Source: Macrostomum lignano (lineage: Eukaryota). Taken from it: a stretch of DNA of 64,000 bases. Shown here piece by piece: positions 27,226 to 38,339 of this stretch. Below the pieces are notes generated by a model. That model made no database searches, was not told where the DNA came from, and was given only the letters and a program-made list of their open reading frames with translations. The DNA lies in assembly GCA_002269645.1 (NCBI GenBank), contig NIVC01002429.1, positions 62,001-126,000 of the forward strand, read 5' to 3'. The stretch's first letter is position 1, and every line of letters starts with the position of its first letter. The position numbers and the translations under genes are program-made.

Positions 27226-27966
27226 CTAATCCAGCTCGGACTCGTCCGTATCTTCAACCACGGCCTCCCAGCCGCCGTGCCGCACCACCCACATAGCGTA
27301 ATGCTCTTCAAAGTAGCGCAGACAGGCGGCTTTGGCCGAATCGGTCAGATCCGGCCGACGCTTGCACAGCAGCCTGGCGATGCGGTACAGCATGGCGATG
27401 CAGCGCCAGGCCATCCGGCCGTCGCACAAGATGCGAGTCAGTCGCTCGCTAAATAATTCATAATCAGCCAGACAGTCCAACAGTTGGTCGACATCCGACG
27501 CAGTTGGTGATGCCTCCTCGAGCTGCGGCCTCGCTTTCTTGGCCGCCTCAGCCTCCTCCTCCGTCGCTGTTGGCCCGCCCAACGATGAAGAGGAGGCCTT
27601 GGCCCGCGATCGCCGGTTCTTGGCTCGTAGCGCCAGGCCCAGACTGAAGCTGGTGGCGTCGGCGTCGGCGGAATCGCCGACCAGCTCCCTGGCGATCCGG
27701 TCCAGCATCTGCGCCACCCGGTCAAGGCGCTGCTCTTCGTCTTCATCGCCGGCTGGTGACTGCAGCTGGTGCTGGTGGCAATGCTGCTGCAACCTGTGCT
27801 GATGGTGCCAGCAGGCCCGACGAAAGTCTCGAACTACAATTGCCCGACGCTGTAACTGCTGACGAGTGTGGAACGATGAAGGCGTCGTCGCTGCTGTCGA
27901 AGAGCGACGGCCGGATCTCGAGGCGGATACCGCAGCCTCCGTGTCTAACAGGGAGCAGCTGTCAGA
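27226..27966 (-). CDS. Bcl-2 family protein (Bcl-G/BCL2L14-BCL2L12-like), last exon
   Basis: Phase-0 acceptor ccgccag|TCT opens the frame of the 27226-27792 ORF. BH3-like VAQMLDRIARELV, degenerate BH1 DGRMAWRCIAML, BH2 YFEEHYAMWVVRHGGWEAVVEDTDESELD*. The C-terminus resembles Bcl-G (WIQQHGGWE...EEVD). No TM anchor. Confidence 0.82.
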   Translation of the reverse strand, partial: SDSCSLLDTEAAVSASRSGRRSSTAATTPSSFHTRQQLQRRAIVVRDFRRACWHHQHRLQQHCHQHQLQSPAGDEDEEQRLDRVAQMLDRIARELVGDSADADATSFSLGLALRAKNRRSRAKASSSSLGGPTATEEEAEAAKKARPQLEEASPTASDVDQLLDCLADYELFSERLTRILCDGRMAWRCIAMLYRIARLLCKRRPDLTDSAKAACLRYFEEHYAMWVVRHGGWEAVVEDTDESELD

Positions 27967-28059
27967 CTGGCGGATGAAAGCATGGGAGAGAAATTGCAGT
28001 CAGACGGAGGCTCTGCCAAACTGACAGATGCGAGGTAGGGAATGGGAGATCTGCTGACG

Positions 28060-28500
28060 GACTGGGATCTTAAACTTCTCTGATCCTCAAACTTGGATCT
28101 TAAAACTTCTTTAATCCTCAAACTGGGATCTTAAAACTTCTTTGATCCTCAAACTGGGAACTTAAAACTTCTTTAATCCTCAAACTGGGATCTTAAAACT
28201 TCTCTGATCCTCAAACTCGGATCTTAAGCTTTTCTGATCCTCAAACTGGGATCTTAAACTTCTCTGATCCTCAAACTGGGATCTTAAAACTTCTTTAATC
28301 CTCAAACTGGGATCTTAAAACTTCTCTGATCCTCAAACTCGGATCTTAAGCTTTTCTGATCCTCAAACTGGAATCTTAAACTTCTCTGATCCTCAAACAG
28401 GGATCTTAAACTTCTCTGATCCTCAAACTGGGATCTTAAACTTCTCTGATCCTCAAACTGGGATCTTAAAACTTCTCTGATCATCAAACTGGGATCTTGA
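28060..28500. repeat. 30/31-bp minisatellite ctctgatcctcaaactgggatcttaaaactt in the Bcl-2-family intron
   Basis: Direct tandem copies bracketed by a 22-bp direct repeat. Confidence 0.93.
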
Positions 28501-28640
28501 CAAGCGGAGATCTGCTGACGGACTGGGTGAAGAGAGTCGGAGATCTGCTTCTGACTCAATGAAAGATACTGGCTGGAGTATAGCAGTTGCCGCAGTGGCA
28601 AAAGCCGCTATCCCAGCAACAGTAGCTAACCAGAACTTAC

Positions 28641-29219
28641 CCGGCGGCCTCTGCCTCGACCTGGCAGGCTGGAGTGCCTCAGCCTGGCAGCCTCAACGTT
28701 GAACGCAATTTCAACGAGGCCTGAGCCTGCGCCAGTCCGACGCCGCCTGTGCCCGCTAGCCGAGGCGGCGGAGGCGACAGCGGCGGCTACAGCAGCGGCC
28801 GAGACGGCACCGCCGCCACCATTGTTAACATGGCCGTCGCCTTCGCTAAACGTGAAAGAGCGCAGCCGGCCGCCATTGCCGTCCATGTCGACGTCGCCGC
28901 TGGCCAGAGTCGTGTCGCCGATGCAAGCGGCGCAGGCGCTGCAGCCGGGATCGGAGGCCAGCAATGACGCTGGCGGAGCCTGGGAGGGTGACGAGTCGCT
29001 GCGCTGCTCGGCAATGACAGCCAGCGGGCTGTCGCTTTCATTGCAATTACTATTAATTTTAATGCTGTTGTTATTGTCACTGCCGACCGATTTGATGTCG
29101 CCCTCGCTGCCGCGCCGACGCAAGAAAATCTCTAACAATAATCGGGCATCGTCTGCAATGGCCCCGGCGGTGGCTGTGGAGTCTGGCTGGAAGGAATGCG
29201 ACCGGCGCACAGAGGGCAT
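28641..29219 (-). CDS. Bcl-2 family protein, upstream coding exon
   Basis: ATG at 29219 (in-frame acceptor ttttccag at 29268 just upstream); donor CGG|GTAAGT at 28640, phase 0. Contains DARLLLEIFLRRRG, similar to the BH4-like N-terminal helix of BCL2L12. Confidence 0.72.
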
Positions 29220-30947
29220 CCTGCTGCGGGCAGCGCCAGTGCTGCTGCGGGTTGGGGGCCAGTCGGCCTGGAAAAGGCGGGTTTCTTATGCAGATTGTCA
29301 GCGCAATAGAAAGAAAGGGAAGCCAGTTATAGTAGACTAGCTCACTAAGCCCCCATGGGGGGCATCCAAATTCATAATATTTGACTCAGCACTTCCAAAT
29401 CGAATTTTTCATTGCAGAATTTTCTTTATTTTTCTATGCATATCGCCTTTGGCAGTTTTGTATTTTTCGATACATATCGGCTTTATTTCTCTAGTTTCAT
29501 ATTTTCCCAATGCAGACAGACAGACAAACAGCACAAAATTATAGTAGAGATTAGAGGTTGGTCTCAGTATGGACCCTACAAATAATCTCATTTCTATTGG
29601 TATCAGACTAAGTAATTAGGCAGTCTATTAAGATATTTAATATAGTTCTGCTGCAACCATAACAAGTTTTTACCATCGCCTGTCTTTCCCATCTTGTCCC
29701 AAACTGACAGCAAAAGTGTAACCTATCACTCATTAACAAGTCTCATTTATTGTACAAGAATTCCCCCCCCCCCCACTACACCAACCATACAATGTGCATT
29801 TGGCATAGAAAATCTCTGTTGCTTGAGTAGCCTTGAAAATTTGCTTTTTTGGCCTATAGTTAGGTGTACACAGGCACAACTAAACCCTAATGACAACACC
29901 AAAAAACAATCATTGTGACATTAGTTTTATAATGAAAACATGAAAGTCTCCCATCTCAATTTTTCATTTCTATAGTGCATTTTTGCATAAACTAGCCTTC
30001 AAAAACTTTCTAAGAAACAAACTGTCCGATCTTGCTTTGATTATTGCATGGTATCCTTGAAGCTAACCAAGCCCATAGAATCAGTAATACTAATATCCCA
30101 AGCCTATATTTTTATTTATTTGAAAAGAAATGTTTATAATTCATCTTTAATTATAAATTTAATAGCTATTAATTACTTTCTTATGAATTTATTAATAGAG
30201 CTTTAGATTTTATTCAAGTCTTCCATTATGCAACATACATGCATGATAGCAATAATATATTAAATGAACTTTGATTTGACTAGAATATGGAATAGGGCAT
30301 GGAACTTAATTTTTTATAGTATAGAAAAATGATGCTATTGCAATAGTTGCCGCAATAAATATTGTTATCCTTTTGCTATTTGTCCAGTTAAAGTATCTAT
30401 TTTTTTAGTGATGAATATCCTAGATTTTTAAGACCTTTTCTCATATCCTGATTAATATTTTGTTATATACTAGTGCAAGCAAAGCAGATATGTATAATGC
30501 AAATGCAATTGGGCATAATTTAGTGTATAAGACAAATACTAGTATTAACAACATAATTATCAAGATGGGAGTTAGAAGTCTTTGAAGTCCAGGAATATTC
30601 ACCCTTAAGGCTCATTCACACTGCAATCAAATGAAAGACCAAATCACACGACTTGTTTGACCACATAGAATTTCTAACTTTTCAGTGATCACTTGAAATC
30701 TTAGCTAACTTAGAAAATTTTCAAATTCAGCAACAAAAGTTAATAATGCGAGGGCCAGTTAATCAACTAAAATGTTGTACATTGGTTGCTTGCCTCTTAC
30801 ACAACACCCCAAGTTGCGTAACACAAAATTCAACTCAAGCCACTCTATTTCAACAACTCTCCATCTTGTCTAACTGTCGTTTTAAAATTGATTGGTCATC
30901 ACACCAGTCAGGTTATTAACTATTTTATTATTTTCCATCGCATGAGC

Positions 30948-31386
30948 TAGGGGTCAGCAAACTCCAGCCCTGCAAAGCCTCTTCATCTGGCAGTCCTTTG
31001 AAACTGCTCAATAGCAATCTGGCCCTCATTGTTTGTCTCTTCTCAGCACTCTTCTCTCTTCTCTCCCCTCTTTTTCTCTTTTCTCTCCCCTCCTCTCTCT
31101 TTTCTACTCTCCCTCTCTCCTCTTTTATCTGATATTCTCCTAGCCTGATTCAATTCTCCTCTACTCTCTCTTCTAGTTTTTCTTTCTTTCTTCTCTTTTC
31201 TACTCTCCTAGTTAAATTCATTTTTCCTCTCCTCTCTCCTCATTGCTCCTTTATTCTCTTGCCTCTCCCTTTTTCTATCTCTTTTCTTTCTTTTTTATTC
31301 CCTCTTATCTCCTCTTTCCTCCGGATCGCAGTCATGCTCTAGGTTCTTTATCTGGCCCTTGGGATAAAAAAGTTTGCCAACCCCTG
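30948..31386 (-). mobile_element. Second copy of the AG-tract hAT MITE, opposite orientation
   Basis: Termini TAGGGGTCAGCAAACT and AGTTTGCCAACCCCTG; flanks GCATGAGC/ACATAAGC (2 mismatches); subterminal gggccagata...catgactgc shared with 22197; CT-rich interior. Confidence 0.78.
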
Positions 31387-32532
31387 ACATAAGCGAAATG
31401 AGCAAGCGTGAAAAAAAAACAGCACCTGTTGGTTGCTGCTGGAGCCCCTGGTAAACAAAGTGCAAGAAAATCCTGCTCTATATATGACCTTTGTCCTTTG
31501 GCATCCTGACAATTGAAATACCAGGAAAAAGGACAATTGGAAAAGTTTAGCTGCTAGGTTTTCATTATCTCACATCAATAAGAGCACTGGCATTTGTATC
31601 TAATACAGATTGTATACTAGTATTGAATTCAAAGCAAAAAATAGTTTTCTCAAATATGCTAAAAATATGTATAATTTTGAGCTTAGCTAGAGATATGTGC
31701 ACACAGTATTGCTTGTGCAACAAATTGGAAAACTTGCATCACCCTCCTCTAAACCCCAGCCCAGTCATTCTTCTTAGTATGTTAGTTGATTACAGTGTAA
31801 ACACTTGCTATCACATGTAAAAGTCTGTTGATGTCATGCAAAACTAAGGTGATTGTCAAAGATATGTTAATCATCAACTGAAATTTTGTGTGATCACTTA
31901 AAAAACTGGCCTCATTTGATGGCAGTGTGAATGGGCTTTTATAGTTTCTGTAAAATTGAATATCAATTTAATTGGACAAATAACAAAATGTCTATTTGTC
32001 TTGTATTAACTGGATGAATAGGGAAACATGGCTAGGCTATTATTATCTAGTAACTGGACAAATTACCACATCGCTATTCATCTAGTCATCGAATAAATAA
32101 CTGCCATGAAAAAATAGGCCTATCCAATTCCAATTGCCAAAATTAAATGCTAGGCCTACTTAACAAATTTGAATGATAGTTGAAGTAGCTAAATATAAAA
32201 TGTTGAAATTAAATGTTAGCTTGTTGAAATAGAATGGAAAAAAGGTGTATACTAGGCCTATTATTATTTCTAGTTATATATATTATTAGGCCCTAACTTA
32301 TTATCATCTCTATAGTGAAAGATTATTGCAATTTTTTATGTTAAAACAAGTTAGAAGTAGCCTAAGATGTCTGATTCTAGGCTGACTATAGTTTTAGATG
32401 CAAATATTATACTCATGACATTATACTTTAGACTTGGGCCTAGTAGAGCAAAGCTTTATTTTCCTTTTTAAGCCAAGAAATATTAAGTACAGGAAAAATA
32501 GAAAAATACTGAATAGGCTAACTTGCAGTATA

Positions 32533-33503
32533 CAGTGGCGGCGCAGGACCTCCAGCTGGGGGGGCGGTGGTTGGGTGGTCACCCCCCCAGCTGGGTGGTC
32601 ACCCCCAGAAAAAAATTATCAAAAAAAAATTATCATTAAGTGTGTGAGCCCCTGATTCCCTGAACTGAAAATGGATGAAATTACTTAATTTTGTTAATTA
32701 CTGAATACTAAAGTATTATGCAGTTATACTGTTAACAACCAACAGGCAATAGCCAATAGGCAACAGCATTATTATGAGTGATACATTATGTTAACGAATG
32801 TTAATCCTTACTTGAATAATGGCTTATTCCTTAAATCCTTACTCAGACTGCTGAGACGAGAGTACAAGACTACAGACTAGGAGAGGAGTTTAGGTCTTTA
32901 TGGGTAATGAGTTAATTAGATTAGACACTTCGTATTTATATTTTATCTGTTTAGTCGAATAGTCATTTCAGAGTACAGTACAGGAACAGAACAGGCTGAA
33001 CAGCAGGAAGACAGTAACTGAGTAAGTTCAGTAAGTTAGGATTAGGAACTAAATAACTAATTACTAAATGCAAAATTTGCAGCAAGAGATTTTCAATATA
33101 TATATAATATTATATAAACATTCACCCGATTCTTAGAATTTATTTTGAAAAACGTTATTCATAATAAGTTCTTTGATTCTATGAATTAGGCTAATGGTGT
33201 TTTCCAAGAAAAATATTTACATTCCAGCTTTCCAAAATCGTTAGGATTCATTATCGCCCAGGCCCAGTTCGCGGTTCGCCCTCAAAGGGTGACCACCCTT
33301 ACAGCCTACAGGCCCTACCGGGTGGCCACCCCCCTGAGGTCTCAGGTGACCACCCCCATGCCCCATGGGGTGACCACACTTTTGAAAAAAATATGGTAAA
33401 GTACCAATTTTTTTAAGTGGGTGGTCACCCCCTGAGGGTGGTGAGGGGTGGTCACCCGGGGGCAGCCCGCCCCCCCCCCCCCCCCCCCCCTGCGCTGCCA
33501 CTG
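32533..33503. mobile_element. 971-bp non-autonomous hAT element
   Basis: TIRs CAGTGGCGGCGCAGG and CCTGCGCTGCCACTG; perfect 8-bp TSD GCAGTATA at 32525-32532 and 33504-33511; subterminal GGGTGGTCACCC repeats at both ends; no ORF. Confidence 0.92.
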
Positions 33504-33627
33504 GCAGTATAGGCCCTACCTATGACTTCAAAATTAGATTTCGCTAAGAAATTTGTGTAAAAATAGCTGTAGTATTTTAGGACTAGGTGTAATAATAAGA
33601 GCTAACTTTGGCTAGATATATTGATAA

Positions 33628-35930
33628 CACTGTGTAACACTATACTTGTCTTTAGGCTAAAATGTTTTTTTTTCCTATTTGTCATGCCAATATAAAGTAA
33701 AAAATAGTATTTTTTTATCCCAGACTTCGGTTTTAAACATAATACTTCAGCTTAGTGATATTATATAAATATTAAATAAATATTATTATATTAACCTAAA
33801 CAGATTTTACTATTAGGCTTCATACATCAGCAGATTTATCAGAAATGTTTTCCTTGTTGTAATCATAGGAAAAAGGCAATCAGAAAGCAATGTTTTTGCG
33901 AGCTTTGCAGTTGTAGGTCAGGTCACTTTCACGCAGAAGGCTCCACACGTAGTCGCCCATCATACTCTCATTGTACTGGCCTTTGTACCTCTCCTCAAAG
34001 TCCTTGATGTCCTGATGGAATCGTTCTCCTTGTTCTTCTGAGTAGTCACCCATGTTGCGGCAAAAGACGTCCAAATGAGAATGAAGCATATGTAGCTTTA
34101 GTGACATGCGACAGCCCATTCTTCTGTACGACTCAATCAGGTCCTCAATGAGCTTCTTATAGTTGGATGCCTTGTGGTTACCAAGGAAGCCCTGCAAAAC
34201 TGCGACGAAGCTTCTCCATGCAGTTCGCTCAGTTCTAGAGAGCTTGCTTGGAAAGTCATTCGAATCAATCAGTTGCTTCACTTGCGGCCCAACAAAAACT
34301 CCAGCCTTGACCTTTGCCTCCGAAAGCCTTGGAAACAAGTGTTGTAAGTACTCAAAAGCTGAGCCTGTCTGATCCAACTGCTTCACAAACTGCTTGATCA
34401 GTCCGAGCTTCATGTGCAATGGTGGCATAAGCACTTTTGCTGGATCGATTAGTGGATCGTACTTGACGTTGTGTGAGCCAACTAAATACTCCGATCTCAG
34501 CGGCCAGTTGCGCTTGCGGTAGTGGTTGCTCGTATCTCGGCTGTCCCAGAGGCAGATGTAGCATGGGTACTTGGTAAAGCCACCTTGAAGTCCTATCAAC
34601 AGGCCAATCATTTTAAAGTCACCGATGATATCCCAGTTGAACCGACTGTACTTCAGAGCATCCAATAGTACCTTTAGATTAAAGTGCTCTTCCTTCATCT
34701 GCACCGAGTGAGCCAGAGGAATGGACGGCAGCCGGTTGGTGTTGTGGAGCAGCACAACCTTTAGACTTCTGCAGGAACTGTCAATGAACAGACGCCATTG
34801 GTCAGTGATGCAAGGAACTTTCATAGCTTCAAAGAGACCTTTGACATCATGACAGTAGCAGAATCTGTCCTCAAGCGTAAAAAAAGCTGAGAATTCCCGA
34901 TGTCGCTCTCGCTGAAAAGTAACGCGAACACTGTCATCAAGCAGATCCCACTGCTTCAGGCGCGAGATGAGCAACTCCGCATTGGACTTGGTCAAAGAGA
35001 GATCTCGGACAAGGTCGTTAATGTCCTGTTGCTTTGGATAGTATGGAGATCTCGTGACAGTGTGAGTCCAGCGTCTTTTGCAGCCTGATGATAGAGCAAC
35101 CTCTTCTTCAGACTCATCTGAGTAGACATCTTCTGTAGATGCCGCCTGGGGAGGCTGAGGTACAGGCAGGTGGCTGGCATTGTGAGGAACAAGTGCCATT
35201 GACGACGGAATGTCAGGGTAACTGATTGGGGTTGCATTCTTCCCCTTGCGCCTCTTGGTTGGGTCTACCATGCAGAAGAAGCAGTCATTTAGGTGATCTG
35301 TTGGCTCTCGCCACACTCTAGGAATAGCGAAGGGCATTGCTTGCTTTTCCCCTCTGTACCAGCCTTCAAGTGTGCGGCAGCAGTACTCGCAGATCACATG
35401 CGGAGCCCAGGGCTTGTTTTGGTCACCTACTGGCATACCAAAGTACGCTTGTTTTGCCACAGCACGCCCATCCAGCTTGTGTTTCTTTGCTGACTTGGCA
35501 AAGAATTCGCCACACACGTAGCAGAAGCTGTCCGCTCCGTACTTACATCCCCTTGAAGCCATGGTGTCAGCAACAATAACGTTGAACGATTCGTTTTGAA
35601 ATGAATGGCTGCAATGAGTAGCATACATGTACCACATTGTTAGCAAATGAACAAATTAACACACAGGCATACCAATATATGACTTAACATGCACTCTAGA
35701 GCATCTACTGTTGAAAAAAGTATTCAGTGAATGAAAAAAGAAAATCAATAGGAAAAAACATAGCTTTTAGCATTTACAAAACACATAATCTCAAATAACT
35801 GAAGTCAGGCTTGCCAACCCAAAGTTTGTAAGCAATCAGCAATTAAATTGGGTTCAGTAGTTGACCTAGACTAAGAAAAAGCAATTTTTCAATGAAAGAC
35901 AAGATTTTTATTTATTTTTGTTACACGGTG
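33628..35930 (-). mobile_element. Chapaev/Chapaev3-type (CMC superfamily) DNA transposon
   Basis: 12-bp TIRs CACTGTGTAACA and TGTTACACGGTG (CAC...GTG termini, 1 mismatch), shared subterminal CTTGTCTTT, enclosing a single transposase ORF. TSD not clean (TAA vs AAT). Confidence 0.8.
33880..35562 (-). CDS. Chapaev-type DDE transposase (560 aa from MASRGCKY)
   Basis: N-terminal Cys/His motif CYVCG...DQNKPWAPHVICEYC...W...CFFC; candidate catalytic D (WRLFIDSS), D (IIGDFK) and E (SEEQGERFHQ); C-terminal LHMLHSH; no internal stops. Confidence 0.85.
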   Translation of the reverse strand: MASRGCKYGADSFCYVCGEFFAKSAKKHKLDGRAVAKQAYFGMPVGDQNKPWAPHVICEYCCRTLEGWYRGEKQAMPFAIPRVWREPTDHLNDCFFCMVDPTKRRKGKNATPISYPDIPSSMALVPHNASHLPVPQPPQAASTEDVYSDESEEEVALSSGCKRRWTHTVTRSPYYPKQQDINDLVRDLSLTKSNAELLISRLKQWDLLDDSVRVTFQRERHREFSAFFTLEDRFCYCHDVKGLFEAMKVPCITDQWRLFIDSSCRSLKVVLLHNTNRLPSIPLAHSVQMKEEHFNLKVLLDALKYSRFNWDIIGDFKMIGLLIGLQGGFTKYPCYICLWDSRDTSNHYRKRNWPLRSEYLVGSHNVKYDPLIDPAKVLMPPLHMKLGLIKQFVKQLDQTGSAFEYLQHLFPRLSEAKVKAGVFVGPQVKQLIDSNDFPSKLSRTERTAWRSFVAVLQGFLGNHKASNYKKLIEDLIESYRRMGCRMSLKLHMLHSHLDVFCRNMGDYSEEQGERFHQDIKDFEERYKGQYNESMMGDYVWSLLRESDLTYNCKARKNIAF

Positions 35931-36255
35931 AATATTTATTATTTGGGACATAGATTACACAGATTATAGAATCTGTGTAGAATCTGCTATAGAATATATT
36001 ATCATATTTTTATTTATAGCTGTTCAATATACTATTTGTATTATATAATCCTGTGACTGTGATATAAGAAAATATGTACAAGTTTTATTACAAACCTTTT
36101 AGGCATATTCTAGTTTATAGATTAGTCATAAAAATAAGAATGCATAGTTAAATGCTCTAACAGTTTGTTTCTATATTATATACTTTTACAATGATACATT
36201 ATTGAACTTTTTCAGTTAGTAGAAGTTGGCTACATTAAACTAAAGAAGTTTCCAC

Positions 36256-36330
36256 ATGTCCAACAGATGGCGCTTATTGACAATTGACTTTCTCTCCTGC
36301 TTTGGCAATAGAGATGATGTTTCTAACCAG
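36256..36330 (+). CDS. CDC42SE: CDC42 small effector-like gene, candidate exon 1
   Basis: ATG gives MSNRWRLLTIDFLSCFGNRDDVSNQ, donor CAG|GTATGG, phase 0 matching the CRIB exon. It is Cys-containing like the CDC42SE N-terminus. Confidence 0.55.
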
Positions 36331-36518
36331 GTATGGTATGTTAAAACAGAATGTTGCATTAATTTTTCCCTTGTACTATCTATAGTAAATAATTCGACTA
36401 AATAATTAAAATCTCTTTATTCCTAATCACTACATAGTGTTAATGTTTACAGAGAAAATGGTTGATTATAAAGATAACAAGAATGTTTGTGATTTAGTGA
36501 TCATACATGTGCAACCTT

Positions 36519-36654
36519 GGGAATCACCTAGCCGTTTCTATTGGCAACACACACATGTAAGTTGCTATTGGCTGAGAGCAGTCATGTGACTACTATTCTG
36601 TCCAATAGCAACTTACATGTGTGTGTTGCCAATAGAAACAGCCGGGTGAATCCC
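36519..36654. other. Inverted repeat/hairpin: 38-bp perfect stem, 30-nt loop
   Basis: 36534-36571 is the exact reverse complement of 36602-36639; imperfect pairing extends to 36519/36654. Confidence 0.93.
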
Positions 36655-36719
36655 TAAGTTGTGCCCAAGCATGTTAGTGATGGTCTGGTTTAGTTAATGA
36701 ATCCATTTTTAGTGTGGGG

Positions 36720-38035
36720 AGATTCAGATTAGGGCAAGGGGGTAAGTGCAGGGATAGGGATTAGAGTGAGAGAATAGGGATCAGACTGAGGGGATAGAGA
36801 TTAGAGTGAGGGATAGGGATTAGTGTGGGGGAATATTGATCAGGGTGAGGGGGTAGGGATTAGAGTGAGGGGATAGAGATTAGAGTGAAAGGATAGGGAT
36901 TAGTGCAGGGGAGTATGGATCAGGGTGAGGGGGTAGGGATTAGAGTGAGGGGATAGAGATTAGAGTGAAAGGATAGGGATTAGTGCAGGGGAGTATGGAT
37001 CAGGGTGAGGGGGTAGGGATTAGAGTGATTGGATAGAGATTAGAGTGAAAGGATAGGGATTAGTGTGGGGGAATATTGATCAGGGTGAGGGGGGTAGGGA
37101 TTAGAGTGAGGGGATAGAGATTAGAGTGAAAGGATAGGGATTAGTGCAGGGGAGTATGGATCAGGGTGAGGGGGTAGGGATTAGAGTGAGGGGATAGAGA
37201 TTAGAGTGAAAGGATAGGGATTAGTGCAGGGGAGTATGGATCAGGGTGAGGGGGTAGGGATTAGAGTGATTGGATAGAGATTAGAGTGAAAGGATAGGGA
37301 TTAGTGTGGGGGAATATTGATCAGGGTGAGGGGGTAGGGATTAGAGTGAGGGATAGAGATTAGAGTGAAAGGATAGGGATTAGTGCAGGGGAGTATGGAT
37401 CAGGGTGAGGGGGTAGGGATTAGAGTGATTGGATAGAGATTAGAGTGAAAGGATAGGGATTAGTGTGGGGGAATATTGATCAGGGTGAGGGGGTAGGGAT
37501 TAGAGTGAGGGGATAGAGATTAGAGTGAAAGGATAGGGATTAGTGCAGGGGAGTATGGATCAGGGTGAGGGGGTAGGGATTAGAGTGAGGGGATAGAGAT
37601 TAGAGTGAAAGGATAGGGATTAGTGCAGGGGAGTATGGATCAGGGTGAGGGGGTAGGGATTAGAGTGATTGGATAGAGATTAGAGTGAAAGGATAGGGAT
37701 TAGTGTGGGGGAATATTGATCAGGGTGAGGGGTAGGGATTAGAGTGAGGGGATAGAGATTAGAGTGAAAGGATAGGGATTAGTGCAGGGGAGTATGGATC
37801 AGGGTGAGGGGGTAGGGATTAGAGTGAGGGGATAGAGATTAGAGTGAAAGGATAGGGATTAGTGCAGGGGAGTATGGATCAGGGTGAGGGGGTAGGGATT
37901 AGAGTGATTGGATAGAGATTAGAGTGAAAGGATAGGGATTAGTGCGGACGAGTATGGATCAGGGTGAGGGAATAGGGATTAGAGTGAGGAGATATGGATT
38001 GAGTGAAGGGTTAAGGATTAGAGTGAGGGGATTGT
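36720..38035. repeat. 80-bp (4x20) G-rich minisatellite in CDC42SE intron 1
   Basis: gggatagggattagtgcaggggagtatggatcagggtgagggggtagggattagagtg... with period about 80. Confidence 0.96.
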
Positions 38036-38172
38036 TCTAGTAAACAGACAATAAAATAAGATAAGCTGAAAAGGATTAAACTAGCTTAACTCCCAATATT
38101 CTGCTAACTTAGCCAAATGTGCAGAAAAGCACACTGAGCCCTGGCCTCTCAATCAATACATGACAATTCTAG

Positions 38173-38262
38173 AGACGGTTGATCGATCGCAGTGCTATCG
38201 GTGAACCAACGGGATTCCGGCACACTGGGCACATAGGCAGCGACTCCGCTGCTATAGTCGAC
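38173..38262 (+). CDS. CDC42SE: CDC42 small effector-like gene, CRIB exon
   Basis: ttctag|AGA...GAC|GTGAGT translates to RRLIDRSAIGEPTGFRHTGHIGSDSAAIVD, matching CDC42SE [23 protein letters not shown] (CRIB motif). Confidence 0.88.
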
Positions 38263-38339
38263 GTGAGTTTCAAGCCTGCGCTTATACCATTTATAAACTT
38301 GAAACATTACATCGAATTTGAAACCTCAAACTAGCTCTG

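Noticed and set aside
31405-31460. MSKREKKTAPVGCCWSP as an alternative CDC42SE first exon
   Set aside because: The donor gives phase 2, incompatible with the phase-0 CRIB exon.
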